Part shown: piece by piece, positions 20,344-30,857 of the stretch
How the letters are laid out: every line of letters begins with the position of its first letter
Numbering within the stretch: the first letter of the stretch is position 1
From: Candidatus Altiarchaeota archaeon
GTDB lineage: Archaea; Altiarchaeota; Altiarchaeia; IMC4; QMZM01
Assembly: GCA_038891095.1 (NCBI GenBank)
Contig: JAWAEV010000003.1
Location: forward strand, 1 to 64,000
Length of the DNA stretch: 64,000 nt
Direction of reading: 5' to 3'
The notes under the pieces: model-generated
Database searches by the model: none
Told to the model about the DNA's origin: nothing
What the model saw: only the letters and a program-made list of their open reading frames with translations
Position numbers and translations under genes: made by a program

Positions 20344-20749
20344 AATTGTTCATAGAGCAGGAAAAAGAAAAACATCAATTGCAAGAGCGACTATAAAGGA
20401 AGGCTCAGGAAAGTTAAGGATAAATGGAATTCCGTTAGAGAATATCGAGCCTAAAGCTAAGAGAATGAAAATTGAGCAATGTCTTATGCTTGCCTCGCCT
20501 TATGTTGACCTTAAAAAGTTAGATATAGAGGTTAATGTTCATGGTGGCGGAGTAATGGGACAGGCAGATGCTATTGCTAACTCGATTGCACGAGCATTAG
20601 TTGATTTTTCAGAAAATGAAAATTTATTGAGAGAGTATTTGAGTTATGACAGAACTTTAATTGCTGGTGACCATCGCTTGACAGAAGTTCATAAACCAAG
20701 TCAATCATCAAAAGGACCACGACATAGAAGGCAAAAATCTTATAGATAA
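20336..20749 (+). CDS. rps9: 30S ribosomal protein S9
   Basis: GKRKTSIARA, GGGVMGQA, YDRTL, QKSYR. ATG at 20336 preferred. Confidence 0.95.
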   Translation: MPKIVHRAGKRKTSIARATIKEGSGKLRINGIPLENIEPKAKRMKIEQCLMLASPYVDLKKLDIEVNVHGGGVMGQADAIANSIARALVDFSENENLLREYLSYDRTLIAGDHRLTEVHKPSQSSKGPRHRRQKSYR

Positions 20750-20750
20750 A

Positions 20751-20948
20751 ATGATAATTCCAATAAGATGTTTTTCTTGTGGTAAGCCAATAGCACAAGA
20801 CTGGGAAAAATTCCAAGAGGAAGTTAGTAAAGGTATTGAACCAAAAAAAATTTTAGATAAATTTGGCTATGATAGATATTGTTGCAGGAGAATGTTTCTA
20901 TCTCATGTAGATCTAATTGATGAGGTAATGCTATATAAAAAATTTTGA
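20751..20948 (+). CDS. rpoN: RNA polymerase subunit N (Rpo10)
   Basis: [12 protein letters not shown]...RYCCRRMFL. Confidence 0.97.
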   Translation: MIIPIRCFSCGKPIAQDWEKFQEEVSKGIEPKKILDKFGYDRYCCRRMFLSHVDLIDEVMLYKKF

Positions 20949-20949
20949 A

Positions 20950-21120
20950 ATGGAATATACAAAATATGAAATTGCTCGCCTTATAGGAGTTAGAGCGTTA
21001 CAAATAAGAATGGGTGCCCCAGTGCTAATAAAAATTCCAAAAGGTGTAGAGGATCCAATTGAAATAGCTAAATTAGAATTTGAAAAAAATGTATTGCCAA
21101 TAACAGTAAAAAGAAAATAG
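20950..21120 (+). CDS. rpoK: RNA polymerase subunit K (Rpo6), 56 aa (absent from ORF track)
   Basis: [27 protein letters not shown]...[22 protein letters not shown]. Confidence 0.95.
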   Translation: MEYTKYEIARLIGVRALQIRMGAPVLIKIPKGVEDPIEIAKLEFEKNVLPITVKRK

Positions 21121-21125
21121 ATAAG

Positions 21126-21848
21126 ATGACTGATGAAACCGAAAAAAAAGAAAGTAATGAAGAAACTAAAGATGTGAAAGAAATTCAAGAAATTTCAGGA
21201 GAGCTTCTTGTGCCCTTAGATGATTACTTACTCAATGGTATCCACATTGGACTTAAATACAAAACAAGTGATATGCGTGAGTTCATCTATAAAATAAGAG
21301 AAGATAAGCTATGTGTTTTTGATGTAAAAAAAATAGATGATAGATTAAGAATTGCTGCAAAATTTATTTCTCGTTATAATCCAGAGGATGTTTTGGTTGT
21401 TTCTAATAGGGTCTATGGTAAAGAACCAATTAAAAATTTTTCAAAATATACTGGCTGTAAAGCGATCACTGATAGATTTGTTTCTGGAACATTAACAAAT
21501 CCTAAAATTAAACAATTTATTGAGCCAAAGTTACTTTTTGTAACTGATCCGGCAGTTGATCAACAAGCAATTAAAGAAGCCTCAATCTCTGGAATTCCTG
21601 TTATGGCAATTTGCGACAGCAATACAAGGATTAAAAAAATTGATTTTGTTATACCTTCAAACAATAAAGGTAAAAACTCTTTAGCATTAATTTTTTGGAT
21701 TTTAACGAGGGAAATTTTAAAGATAAGGGGAATTGACTTTAATGCTCCTCTTGAAGATTTTATTTCTAAGATAGAACCGCAGCCATATCTCATAAAAATG
21801 CAAGAAAAGCAAAAGTTACAGAGAAGAAAACAAAAAAGAAGAAAATAA
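21126..21848 (+). CDS. rps2: 30S ribosomal protein S2
   Basis: [34 protein letters not shown]. Confidence 0.95.
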   Translation: MTDETEKKESNEETKDVKEIQEISGELLVPLDDYLLNGIHIGLKYKTSDMREFIYKIREDKLCVFDVKKIDDRLRIAAKFISRYNPEDVLVVSNRVYGKEPIKNFSKYTGCKAITDRFVSGTLTNPKIKQFIEPKLLFVTDPAVDQQAIKEASISGIPVMAICDSNTRIKKIDFVIPSNNKGKNSLALIFWILTREILKIRGIDFNAPLEDFISKIEPQPYLIKMQEKQKLQRRKQKRRK

Positions 21849-21849
21849 T

Positions 21850-23100
21850 ATGAAGAGCTACAAAATAAGAGATATTAATCTTTGGGAGCAAGGGAAAAAG
21901 AAAGTTGATTATGCTGAACAACAAATGCTTGCATTGATGGAGATTAAAAAAAGGTTCGAAAAAGAAAAACCACTACATGGCATAAGAATTTCTTTGGCTT
22001 TACATGTAACAAAAGAAACTGCAAATTTATTAAGAGTTTTAAAATCTGCTGGTGCAGAGGTTGCAATTGCGAGTTGTAATCCTCTATCAACGCAAGATGA
22101 TGTTGCTGCTGCTCTTGTAAAAGAAAATTTCCATGTTTTTGCCTGGAAGAATGAAACTAAAGAGGAATATTATGAAAATTTAAACAAAGTTCTTGATTTC
22201 AAGCCAAATGTTACTGTCGATGATGGTTGTGATTTAGTAACATTGATACACAAAGAGAGAGAAGAATTGCTTAGCAATATAAAAATTGGTACTGAGGAAA
22301 CAACCACTGGGGTTATAAGGCTGAGGGCTATGGAAAAAGAAAAAGTTTTGAGATATCCTGTAATTGCAGTGAATGACAACAAAACAAAACATTTGTTTGA
22401 TAATTATTATGGCACTGGACAAAGTGCTTTAGATGGTTTACTGAGAGCAACAAATGTCCTTATTGCAGGAAAAAACTTTGTTGTTTCTGGCTATGGAAGT
22501 TGCGGTAAAGGTATTGCAAAAAATGCTCGTGGTTTAGGAGCAAATGTTATTGTAACTGAAGTTGATGCATTAAGAGCTTTACAAGCAAGAATGGACGGCT
22601 TTAGTGTTATGAAAATCTCTGAAGCTGCAAAAATTGGTGATATTTTCATAACTGCTACAGGAAACAAAAATGTAATTGATAAAGAACACTTTAAATTAAT
22701 GAAATCTGGAGCAATACTTGCAAACGCTGGGCATTTTGATGTTGAGATAAATGTAAAAGCATTAAATGAAATTTCAAAAAAGAAAGTAAAAGTAAGAGAC
22801 AACTTAGAAGAATTTGAATTAGAAAATGGGAAAAAAATATATCTTTGCTCCGAAGGTAGATTAGTAAATTTAGCCTCTGCTGAAGGTCATCCAAGTGAAG
22901 TTATGTCTTTAAGCTTTTGTGGGCAAGCACTTGCAATTGAGTATGGAGTTAAAAATAAATTAAGTCCTGGTGTGCATAAACTACCAGATGAAATTGATAA
23001 CATGATTGCAGAATTACAATTAAGAGTAATGGGAATTGAAAAAGATTCATTAACTGAAGAACAGAGGAGATATCTTACTTCATGGGAAGAAGGAACTTAA
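21850..23100 (+). CDS. ahcY: S-adenosylhomocysteine hydrolase
   Basis: [52 protein letters not shown]. Confidence 0.96.
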   Translation: MKSYKIRDINLWEQGKKKVDYAEQQMLALMEIKKRFEKEKPLHGIRISLALHVTKETANLLRVLKSAGAEVAIASCNPLSTQDDVAAALVKENFHVFAWKNETKEEYYENLNKVLDFKPNVTVDDGCDLVTLIHKEREELLSNIKIGTEETTTGVIRLRAMEKEKVLRYPVIAVNDNKTKHLFDNYYGTGQSALDGLLRATNVLIAGKNFVVSGYGSCGKGIAKNARGLGANVIVTEVDALRALQARMDGFSVMKISEAAKIGDIFITATGNKNVIDKEHFKLMKSGAILANAGHFDVEINVKALNEISKKKVKVRDNLEEFELENGKKIYLCSEGRLVNLASAEGHPSEVMSLSFCGQALAIEYGVKNKLSPGVHKLPDEIDNMIAELQLRVMGIEKDSLTEEQRRYLTSWEEGT

Positions 23101-23113
23101 TTTTTTCCTAAAA

Positions 23114-23980
23114 ATGAAGAAAAATTTCTGTTTGTTACCAAAGGAATTTTCAGATTATAAAATAGCTAAATTTGTTATATTGCCAATTCCTTATGAAAAA
23201 ACAACAACATATATCAAAGGCACTAAGAATGCTCCTTCTGCTATCATCGATGCATCTGCAAATCTTGAACTTTATGATGAAGAACTAAATAAAAATGTTG
23301 CTGAAGAATTTGGAATTGCAACTTTAAATACAATAAAAATCACTGAAAAAGAACAAAAAATGGTTGAAAAAGTTGAAAATGCATGCATGAAAGTTATTAT
23401 TGATGATAAATTTCCGATAGTCATCGGTGGGGAACATTCAATTTCCTTAGGTGAAGTGATTGCATTTAAAAATAAATATAAAAATTTTTCAGTTCTCCAG
23501 TTAGATGCACATGCAGATCTTCGTGATTCCTATGAAAATTCGATCTATAGCCACGCATGTATAATGCGCCGAATTATAGAACACTGTGATGCTGTGCAAA
23601 TTGGAATTAGAAGTTTAAGCAACGAAGAAGCTGAGTTAATAAAAGAAAAAAACCTCGATGTTTTCTTTGCGCATAATATCAGAAAATGGAATATGAAAGA
23701 TTTCGCAAAAGAAATTTTACCGAAGTTAAAGAAAAATGTTTTCATTACAGTAGATATGGATTTTTTTGATCCAAGTTTAATTCCTTCTGTTGGAACACCT
23801 GAGCCCGGTGGATTTTTTTGGTATGAAACCTTAGATTTTTTGAGAGAGATAATTAAAGGAAAGAATATTGTTGGCTTCGATGTTGTTGAGCTTTGTCCAA
23901 ACAAAAATAACAAGTCTTCTGAGTTTATAGCAGCAAAATTTATATATAAATTAGTAAATTTTATAAGTGAAAATTTTTAG
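23114..23980 (+). CDS. speB: Agmatinase
   Basis: GGEHSIS, DAHADLR, SHAC, DMDFFDP...GTPEPGG. Confidence 0.93.
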   Translation: MKKNFCLLPKEFSDYKIAKFVILPIPYEKTTTYIKGTKNAPSAIIDASANLELYDEELNKNVAEEFGIATLNTIKITEKEQKMVEKVENACMKVIIDDKFPIVIGGEHSISLGEVIAFKNKYKNFSVLQLDAHADLRDSYENSIYSHACIMRRIIEHCDAVQIGIRSLSNEEAELIKEKNLDVFFAHNIRKWNMKDFAKEILPKLKKNVFITVDMDFFDPSLIPSVGTPEPGGFFWYETLDFLREIIKGKNIVGFDVVELCPNKNNKSSEFIAAKFIYKLVNFISENF

Positions 23981-23981
23981 A

Positions 23982-25016
23982 ATGAATAAGAAAGATTTTC
24001 TTAAGAAAGAAGTAAAACACATTGATATAACTTCTTTTGATGCTACAAAAATAATTAATGCTATGCGAGAAATGTCTTTTACTGCAAGAGAGGTTGCAAA
24101 AGCTGCTGATATTTTTGATAGGATGATAACAGATAAAGAATGTACAATAATTTTATGCATTGCAGGTAGTACAAGTGCTGCAGGTTGCATGAAAATTTAT
24201 TCTGATATGGTTAAGTATAAGATGGTTGATGTTATTGTTGCAACTGGAGCAACAATTGTTGATATGGATTTTTTTGAAGCATTGGGATTTAAACACTATC
24301 AAGGCACTCAATATGTTGATGATTCTCTACTTAGAAAACATTATATTGATAGAATTTATGATACTTTCATTGATGAAGAGCAATTACAAATTTGTGACAA
24401 TACAATAAAGGAAATTGCAGATTCATTAAAGCCAGGAGTTTACTCATCAAGAGAATTTATAATTGAAATGGGTAAGTATCTTGAAAAAAATGCAAAAAAG
24501 AAGAATTCCTTAGTTGAATTAGCTTATAAACATAATGTTCCAATTTTTTGTCCAGCATTTTCTGACTCAAGCGCTGGTTTTGGTTTAGTTAAGCATCAAT
24601 ATGAAAGAAAAAATAAGCCACATGTTTCAATCGACTCTGTAAAGGATTTTAAGGAGCTCACAGAAATTAAAATTAATTCTCCAACTTCGGGGCTTTTTAT
24701 GATTGGTGGGGGAGTTCCAAAAAATTTTGCACAAGATTGTGTTATCTGTGCTGAAATTCTTGGCAAAAAAGTCCCAATGCATAAATATGCTGTTCAAATA
24801 ACAGTTGCTGATGTTAGAGATGGCGCTTGCTCTTCTTCAACTCTGAAAGAAGCAAGTTCTTGGGGCAAAGTTAATTTTTCATTTGAAAATGAGCAAATGG
24901 TCTATGCAGAAGCAACATCTGTCTTGCCATTAATTATAAGTTATATCTACCATAAAGGAAACTGGAAAAAAAGAAAGGAAAGAAAATTTAATAAATTTTT
25001 TGAAAAAGAAAAATGA
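23982..25016 (+). CDS. Deoxyhypusine synthase-like protein (bacterial-like clade; possible homospermidine synthase)
   Basis: [38 protein letters not shown] (catalytic Lys). Confidence 0.85.
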   Translation: MNKKDFLKKEVKHIDITSFDATKIINAMREMSFTAREVAKAADIFDRMITDKECTIILCIAGSTSAAGCMKIYSDMVKYKMVDVIVATGATIVDMDFFEALGFKHYQGTQYVDDSLLRKHYIDRIYDTFIDEEQLQICDNTIKEIADSLKPGVYSSREFIIEMGKYLEKNAKKKNSLVELAYKHNVPIFCPAFSDSSAGFGLVKHQYERKNKPHVSIDSVKDFKELTEIKINSPTSGLFMIGGGVPKNFAQDCVICAEILGKKVPMHKYAVQITVADVRDGACSSSTLKEASSWGKVNFSFENEQMVYAEATSVLPLIISYIYHKGNWKKRKERKFNKFFEKEK

Positions 25017-25555
25017 TACCAAGGAAATGTTTTTTTACTAAGGGTGTTGGAATTCATAGAGATAGATTAGCTGCATTTGAGTTAGCATTGAGAAAGGCAG
25101 GTATACAGAAGTGTAATCTTGTCAATGTTTCGAGTATATTCCCACCAAACTGCAAGCTCATTCCAAGAGAAAAAGGGATTGCACTTCTAAAGCCAGGACA
25201 GATAACTTTTGTTGTAATGGCAAGGAATGAAACAAATGAGCCAAACAGATTAATTTCTGCAGCAATTGGCTTAGCATTGCCTAAGGGTGGTGAAGGCTAT
25301 GGATATTTATCAGAGCATCACTCATTTGGAGAAGTTGCAAAAAAAGCTGGTGAATATGCTGAGGATTTAGCAGCAACAATGTTAGCAAGTACTCTTGGGA
25401 TAGATTTTGATATAGATAAAGCATGGGATGAAAGAAAAAAAATTTACAGAGCAAGCGGTAAAATATTCAAGACAACTCATGTTGTTCAGTCAGCGGAGGG
25501 GCATAAAGATGGTTTATGGACAAGTGTAGTTGCAGCAACAGTTTTCATTCCATAA
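25013..25555 (+). CDS. pdaD: Pyruvoyl-dependent arginine decarboxylase
   Basis: [42 protein letters not shown]. Confidence 0.93.
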   Translation: MIPRKCFFTKGVGIHRDRLAAFELALRKAGIQKCNLVNVSSIFPPNCKLIPREKGIALLKPGQITFVVMARNETNEPNRLISAAIGLALPKGGEGYGYLSEHHSFGEVAKKAGEYAEDLAATMLASTLGIDFDIDKAWDERKKIYRASGKIFKTTHVVQSAEGHKDGLWTSVVAATVFIP

Positions 25556-25557
25556 TT

Positions 25558-26784
25558 TTAAAAATTTATACCTAAATAAAATAGTATTACTGGTATAATA
25601 AGAACTCCCATTGAATGACTTCTTTTTATTTTAGATAAAGGTGCTATAATTCCTATAGATGTACTTACTAACAATATAAGAATGCCGTTTAGTCCTGTGA
25701 AAATAAAACAAAGGAAAAATAAAAGTATGAGTATTATTAAGGAAATTTTTGAATATGGAAACTTTTGGATAAACTTCAGAATTTTATTACCAATATATAA
25801 AGTTAAAATTGCTGAAATTCCCACAGATATAAGTGAAACTGAGATTAAAAGAAGAATATCATAAATGGTAAAATTTTCTAATAAATTTCTTATAGCAATT
25901 GCTGCTCCAGATCTTGCTCTTTTTACTGTATAAAGTGAAAGGATTGATATTAGAGCAACTGCAGTGTTAACACCTCCAACAGAAATTAAAAACTCTCGTG
26001 GATCTTTTTTCTTTGTTAGTTCTTGTGTTAAAACTGTTGCTTGCGCAGCTCCAACTCCTGGGAGTAATCCAAGTAATATGCTTGCAAAGAATGCTTTTAT
26101 GCTTCCAGAAAAAATCAATTTTCTTTCAGTATTAAATATAACTTCTTCTTGTGGTGGTATATTACTCTTATGTTTTAAACTTAAAAGAAGCGTCGGTATA
26201 CCAAAAAGCCCTGTAAATATTGGGAATAAAACAAAATTTTCTGGTAGAATTCCGGAATTTAATGTTATTATTCCTAAAGAACCTGAAAGTAAAAAAACTA
26301 AAACTGAGAAGAAAATTCGTTCTTTGTTTTTTTCTGTTAGAATCATAAAAAAGCATATAACTAACAAAACAAAGGCAATGTAAAATTTTAATAGGCCATG
26401 AATTATTGGCAAAATAAAAAGCAAAAGAGGTGTTAAAACAAAGAAAAGTAATGTCGTGAAAACTCCGCCAGATGTTGTTAGAAATAATGCTTCGAGCCCT
26501 TTTCCTTGTAGTAAAAGTCTATGCCCTGGAAGAACTGAAAGTGCTGTTGCTTCTTCTGGAGCACCAAGAAAAATTGATGGTATAAAATCAACAATCGTGC
26601 TTGTTATTGCTGCTGAAATAATAAAAGTGATAAGTCCATAAACAGAAATGTTCAAATCAATAAAAAATGCTGAGAATAGGGGGATTAACAGATAGATTGT
26701 ATTTACATGAAGTCCTGGTAGCAAACCAGAAATTATTCCAAGGGATATTCCTAAAAAAATAAAAAATAAAATTTCAAGGAACAT
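25558..26784 (-). CDS. Archaeal TctA-like (DUF112) membrane protein
   Basis: GLLPGLHVN, DFIPSIFLGAP..TALSVLPGHRLLL.G.G, RARSGA; multi-TM. Confidence 0.85.
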   Translation of the reverse strand: MFLEILFFIFLGISLGIISGLLPGLHVNTIYLLIPLFSAFFIDLNISVYGLITFIISAAITSTIVDFIPSIFLGAPEEATALSVLPGHRLLLQGKGLEALFLTTSGGVFTTLLFFVLTPLLLFILPIIHGLLKFYIAFVLLVICFFMILTEKNKERIFFSVLVFLLSGSLGIITLNSGILPENFVLFPIFTGLFGIPTLLLSLKHKSNIPPQEEVIFNTERKLIFSGSIKAFFASILLGLLPGVGAAQATVLTQELTKKKDPREFLISVGGVNTAVALISILSLYTVKRARSGAAIAIRNLLENFTIYDILLLISVSLISVGISAILTLYIGNKILKFIQKFPYSKISLIILILLFFLCFIFTGLNGILILLVSTSIGIIAPLSKIKRSHSMGVLIIPVILFYLGINF

Positions 26785-27163
26785 TCTTATTAAATTCAAC
26801 TTTGTTGCAGATTATCTCTAAGTTACCATTGTATAAATTCACTTTACCATAAACACAAACATTATCATATTTTTTGATTAAATAAGGGTCAATTTCATTT
26901 TTAATTTTCTGTGCAGTTGAGTTGAATATAACGACATTTATGCTAGCATCTCTCTCTTTAAGTTTCAGAAATATATGGCCATTCTTTGAAATTTTTCTCT
27001 CAGAAATTTCACCACACGTTTTTATATAATTGTTTATATCATCTGTACTTATAGAACTTACTTCTCTTTCTTTAATTTTTAAGTTAGAGACAACAAAGAA
27101 GAGTATTATTAATCCAACTAATGATGTGACTATTGCTATATTTCTTAAATTTTTTTCATTCAT
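26774..27163 (-). CDS. Membrane-anchored OB-fold nucleic-acid-binding protein
   Basis: N-terminal TM, then GHIFLKL...INVVIF...V.VYGKVNLYNGNLEII. The ATG at 27163 directly follows the 13-bp repeat. Confidence 0.75.
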   Translation of the reverse strand: MNEKNLRNIAIVTSLVGLIILFFVVSNLKIKEREVSSISTDDINNYIKTCGEISERKISKNGHIFLKLKERDASINVVIFNSTAQKIKNEIDPYLIKKYDNVCVYGKVNLYNGNLEIICNKVEFNKNVP

Positions 27164-27176
27164 GTTAGGCACTACA
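27164..27176 (-). repeat. Dispersed 13-bp repeat TGTAGTGCCTAAC, copy 2
   Basis: GTTAGGCACTACA on the + strand. Encodes the last codons and stop of nadC (CSA*). Confidence 0.9.
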
Positions 27177-28040
27177 ATCATCCTTCACTTTCTTGCATAT
27201 TTTGTAAATTTCTAAGCTCATATCCAATGCCCTCACTGAGTGAGTTAACATTCCTATAGAGAGAATGTCAACACCAGTAGATGCAAAACCTTCAACATTC
27301 TCTAGAGTTATACTCCCAGATGCTTCTAACAAAACTTTATCTCTCAAATTTTCCTTTTTTAAAATTTCTATCGTTTTTTTAATTTCAACTATTGAGAAAT
27401 TATCTAACATAATTATATCTGCTCCATTTTTCGCTGCTAATATTGCATCTTTCACTGAGGAAACTTCGATTTCAATTTTATGAGCAAACGACACTTGCTC
27501 TTTTGCTTTTTTCAATGCATTTTTAACATTTCCAAAAATTTTTAGATGGTTATCTTTTATTAAAATCATATCATAAAGACCATGACGATGGGTATCACCT
27601 CCACCAATTTTAACTGCTTTTTTATCAAAATAAGAAAAAAGGGGTAAAATTTTTCTCGTTGCAGCAATTCTTATTTTAGGATTTTTTTTCCTTGCCTTTT
27701 CAACAAATTCTCTTGTCAGTGTTGAAATTCCTGACATTCTTGACAAAATATTAAGAGCAGTTCTTTCAACAAGAAGAATTTCTCTGATATTTCCTTTTAA
27801 TTTAAAAATAACTTTACCTTTACTTATCTTAGAACCATCTTTTATCTTTTTTATTATTTTTATATTAAAAATTTCAAAAAGCACAGATAACTCTGAAATT
27901 CCAGAAACAATACCAATATCTTTTGAAATTATTTTTGCAAGAACCGTTTTCTCAGGAACTAACTCTGAGGTTATATCACTATCTTTATAATCCTCTTCTA
28001 TCATCTGTAAGAATTTTCTTTCAAGAAATTTTCTATTCAT
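27165..28040 (-). CDS. nadC: Quinolinate phosphoribosyltransferase
   Basis: ERTALN..SGI, ATRK, GGG.THR.GL.DMILIKDNH, EIEV, IIMLDN, EASG. Confidence 0.95.
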   Translation of the reverse strand: MNRKFLERKFLQMIEEDYKDSDITSELVPEKTVLAKIISKDIGIVSGISELSVLFEIFNIKIIKKIKDGSKISKGKVIFKLKGNIREILLVERTALNILSRMSGISTLTREFVEKARKKNPKIRIAATRKILPLFSYFDKKAVKIGGGDTHRHGLYDMILIKDNHLKIFGNVKNALKKAKEQVSFAHKIEIEVSSVKDAILAAKNGADIIMLDNFSIVEIKKTIEILKKENLRDKVLLEASGSITLENVEGFASTGVDILSIGMLTHSVRALDMSLEIYKICKKVKDDCSA

Positions 28041-28076
28041 ATTTGGAGATTTAAAAAGAGAAAGAGTTTGCAGGGA

Positions 28077-28367
28077 TTACTTTTTTATTTGTGCTTGTGT
28101 TTCTACTTGTTTTTTACCTTCAGTTAATGGATTTTTTTTACAGATTACAACATCACCAACTTCGATAACTTCGTTATAGCCTATTGTTTCTGTTTGAAGA
28201 ATTTTTTTTACTTCATCTTCGGGCAATGTTCTTGCTTTAAAAGATCTTAAACATAAACGCATTACTTCACCAGTTTCTAAATTTAAAATAACATCTTCAA
28301 CTCTACCAACATGTTCCGCTTTTCTAGTATAAATTTCAAGTCCATATAGTTGGGATAATCTCTTCAT
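28077..28367 (-). CDS. PRC-barrel domain protein
   Basis: LSQLYGLEIYT..A..VGRVEDVILNLE.G, V..VGDVVI. Confidence 0.85.
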   Translation of the reverse strand: MKRLSQLYGLEIYTRKAEHVGRVEDVILNLETGEVMRLCLRSFKARTLPEDEVKKILQTETIGYNEVIEVGDVVICKKNPLTEGKKQVETQAQIKK

Positions 28368-28447
28368 TTTTATTTGTTTAATAATGTTAATTAATGTAAA
28401 ATTAAGTATAAAAACTATAAAAATTAAAGTTTAGTTTATTTATTAGA

Positions 28448-28490
28448 TTGGGGGTGGGGGGTCACTTCCACTATTCATTGTATTTGAAAT
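28448..28490 (+). repeat. GC-rich repeat copy A (inverted relative to copy B), upstream of nadX
   Basis: TTGGGGGTGGGGGGTCACTTCCACTATTC. Core 28459-28476 matches the reverse complement of 29355-29372 at 17/18 nt. Confidence 0.8.
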
Positions 28491-28502
28491 TAAATTTAAA
28501 AA

Positions 28503-29285
28503 ATGAAAAGACTTGGGCTTTTAGGTTGTGGGAATATCTCTAAAGGGATTGTAAAAGCAATTAATGAAGGTAAAATTAACTTTAGAGTTACATCTTTGTT
28601 TGATACTAACTTAGAAAAAGCAAAAGAACTAGCAAAAGATATTAAACCAAAACCAAAAATAGCTAAGAATATCGAAGAATTTCTTAGAGAGGTTGATATT
28701 GTGTTCGAAGGTGCATCTCAGGATGCTGTTTTTGAATACGCTGAAAAAATTTTAAGTAAAAAAAAGGAGTTAGTGATTATGAGTGTTGGTGCTTTAGTTA
28801 ATGAAAATTTTTTTGAAAAATTGAAAAAAATTGCTGAAAAAAATAGAGTTTGTATATATATACCATCAGGTGCTATTTTAGGTGTTGATGGTTTAAAAGC
28901 AGCAAAAATTTCAAAGTGTGAAGAAGTTGTATTAACAACAAGAAAAAACCCTAAGAGTTTTGGTTTGAAAAATAAAAAAGAAAAAATTATTTTTGAGGGC
29001 TCTGCAAAAGAAGCAGTAGTGAAATTTCCAAGAAATATAAACATAGCTGCAACATTGAGTTTAGCAGGAATTGGATTCAAAAAAACAAAAGTTAAAATTA
29101 TTTCTGATCCAAAAGTTAAAGAGAATATCCATGAAGTTTATGTAAGGGGAAATTTTGGTGAATTTTTAATTAGAACAAAAAATCTACCTTCCTTAGAAAA
29201 TCCAAAAACATCATACTTAGCTGTCCTTTCTGCAATTTCAATTTTAAGAAAAATTGAGAGTAGCTATATACAAATAGGGACATAA
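28503..29285 (+). CDS. nadX: L-aspartate dehydrogenase
   Basis: GLLGCGNI, MSVGAL, PSGAILGVDGL, TTRKNP, FPRNINIAA, NPKTSYLA. Confidence 0.93.
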   Translation: MKRLGLLGCGNISKGIVKAINEGKINFRVTSLFDTNLEKAKELAKDIKPKPKIAKNIEEFLREVDIVFEGASQDAVFEYAEKILSKKKELVIMSVGALVNENFFEKLKKIAEKNRVCIYIPSGAILGVDGLKAAKISKCEEVVLTTRKNPKSFGLKNKKEKIIFEGSAKEAVVKFPRNINIAATLSLAGIGFKKTKVKIISDPKVKENIHEVYVRGNFGEFLIRTKNLPSLENPKTSYLAVLSAISILRKIESSYIQIGT

Positions 29286-29314
29286 CATTAAATTTTTATA
29301 ATTTTTAAAACTTA

Positions 29315-29327
29315 TGTAGTGCCTAAC
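29315..29327 (+). repeat. Dispersed 13-bp repeat TGTAGTGCCTAAC, copy 3
   Basis: Exact copy ~30 bp after the nadX stop. Shares 16 bp (ATGTAGTGCCTAACTC) with copy 4. Confidence 0.9.
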
Positions 29328-29340
29328 TCATAGATTTACA

Positions 29341-29383
29341 GTTTAAATATAAGAGAATAGTGGAAATGACCCGCCCCACTCAA
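29341..29383 (-). repeat. GC-rich repeat copy B, downstream of nadX and of the Lon-like ATPase
   Basis: GAATAGTGGAAATGACCCGCCCCACTCAA on +; imperfect reverse complement of copy A. Confidence 0.8.
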
Positions 29384-29396
29384 CTACCTTATTAGA

Positions 29397-30851
29397 TCAA
29401 CCATAACCTTTATAGTCACTACTATCAAAACCACTACCAATATCCTCTCTTTCAAGACCTTTCCATATAGAGCCATATCTTTCTTTTATTTGGTGCTCAA
29501 TTGGTTTGCATTCAACAAGTGCTTTCTTTACATGCTCCTTTTCTATAAATTCTGACTTTTCTGAAATCGCTAAATCACCTGCTAATCTTATTAATCCTCC
29601 CAATTCTCTAAGCCTTAATGTCAGTGCATCTTTAACTTTATCAATAAAAAAAGCTCTTCTTTTTGCTTCCTCTATGATTTCATTAACTGCTTCAATTTTT
29701 GCATGTGGTATCTTTCCATCAAGTAAAATTTCTTGTGCTACAAATTGAGCTATTTTTTGTCTGTTTTTTTCATTATCCGGCATAGTAGTTTCAAGCAAAA
29801 TTTCATACCCGTTACCAAGAATTCTTGAGCGTAGTGGATTTAGGATTTTTCCTATATCTTGAATGTTACATGCGCCAACAAAAATAAAATCACAAGGCAC
29901 AAAGTCAACTCTAACACTAGCGCCAGCAGACATAGGATTTCTACCAACAATAGGAAAATTTTTATTTTGCATTGCTGTTAAAATGAAATTCTGTAATCCT
30001 GCCATATGTGGTAATTCATCAATGAAAAGAACGCCTTCATGAGCTTCATGAATTGCACCAGGAATAACTCTTAGATAAGCAGGAGTTCCAATTTCAGGAT
30101 GAGAACCATAAGGATCATGCCTCACATCACCTAAAAGCTCTGTTTCAGAAGCACCAGTTGCTTGAACAAATGGAAATCTATTTATAGGAACTAAAACTTT
30201 CATCAGCTTTTTTTCTTTTTTAGCTTTTAAATTTTCAATTGTTTTTTGATCAATAACTCTTATTTTATCGCCAACTCTTTGATAAATTAGAATTGTTTCA
30301 TTGCCATTGCTATCAACCTTCAATGCAGCAACTTCTCTTTCAGGAATTTTGGTAGAAAAATCAAAAACATCAGTTATTATATCACTAAAAGGTGAAAATC
30401 CTTTTAAATTTGATCTTGAAAATTTTGTAGAATTACATTTTGGGCATAAATATTCATTAGGAGAACTTAAAGAACCACAATAATGGCATCTAAACCCAAG
30501 TTGTTCAGCAATTAATGGTGGAGCAGTAGACGGATTTATAAATTCACCAATAATCTCCTCTTTATTTTCTCTTTTCTCTATTTCCTCTCTTTTCACAATT
30601 TCTAAAATTGGCCTTTCTGGGTTTTCAGGATTATGCAAAACTCTTATCTCTTCATTTGGTTTTGGTAATTTCAATGCTAAAGCTTGAGCTAACATAGATT
30701 TACCTATACCTGGGGGTCCAACAAGCAAAAGGTGTCTCCTTTGTTTTATCGCTATTTTAACTTTCTCTACAGCTTTTTCCTGACCAATTATTCTATCTAA
30801 TGGATCCTTTGGCACAGAAATTTCCTTTGTAGTTTCAATTCCATTCATCAA
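29397..30851 (-). CDS. LonB-type AAA+ ATPase with Zn-ribbon insert, lacking protease domain
   Basis: IIGQEKAV, GPPGIGKS, CHYC..CPKC, LLGDVRHDP, HEAHEGVLFIDE, PLRSRI.G.GYE, LRELGGLIR.AGDLA. Ends without the Ser-Lys domain. Confidence 0.88.
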   Translation of the reverse strand: MMNGIETTKEISVPKDPLDRIIGQEKAVEKVKIAIKQRRHLLLVGPPGIGKSMLAQALALKLPKPNEEIRVLHNPENPERPILEIVKREEIEKRENKEEIIGEFINPSTAPPLIAEQLGFRCHYCGSLSSPNEYLCPKCNSTKFSRSNLKGFSPFSDIITDVFDFSTKIPEREVAALKVDSNGNETILIYQRVGDKIRVIDQKTIENLKAKKEKKLMKVLVPINRFPFVQATGASETELLGDVRHDPYGSHPEIGTPAYLRVIPGAIHEAHEGVLFIDELPHMAGLQNFILTAMQNKNFPIVGRNPMSAGASVRVDFVPCDFIFVGACNIQDIGKILNPLRSRILGNGYEILLETTMPDNEKNRQKIAQFVAQEILLDGKIPHAKIEAVNEIIEEAKRRAFFIDKVKDALTLRLRELGGLIRLAGDLAISEKSEFIEKEHVKKALVECKPIEHQIKERYGSIWKGLEREDIGSGFDSSDYKGYG

Positions 30852-30857
30852 TATAAC

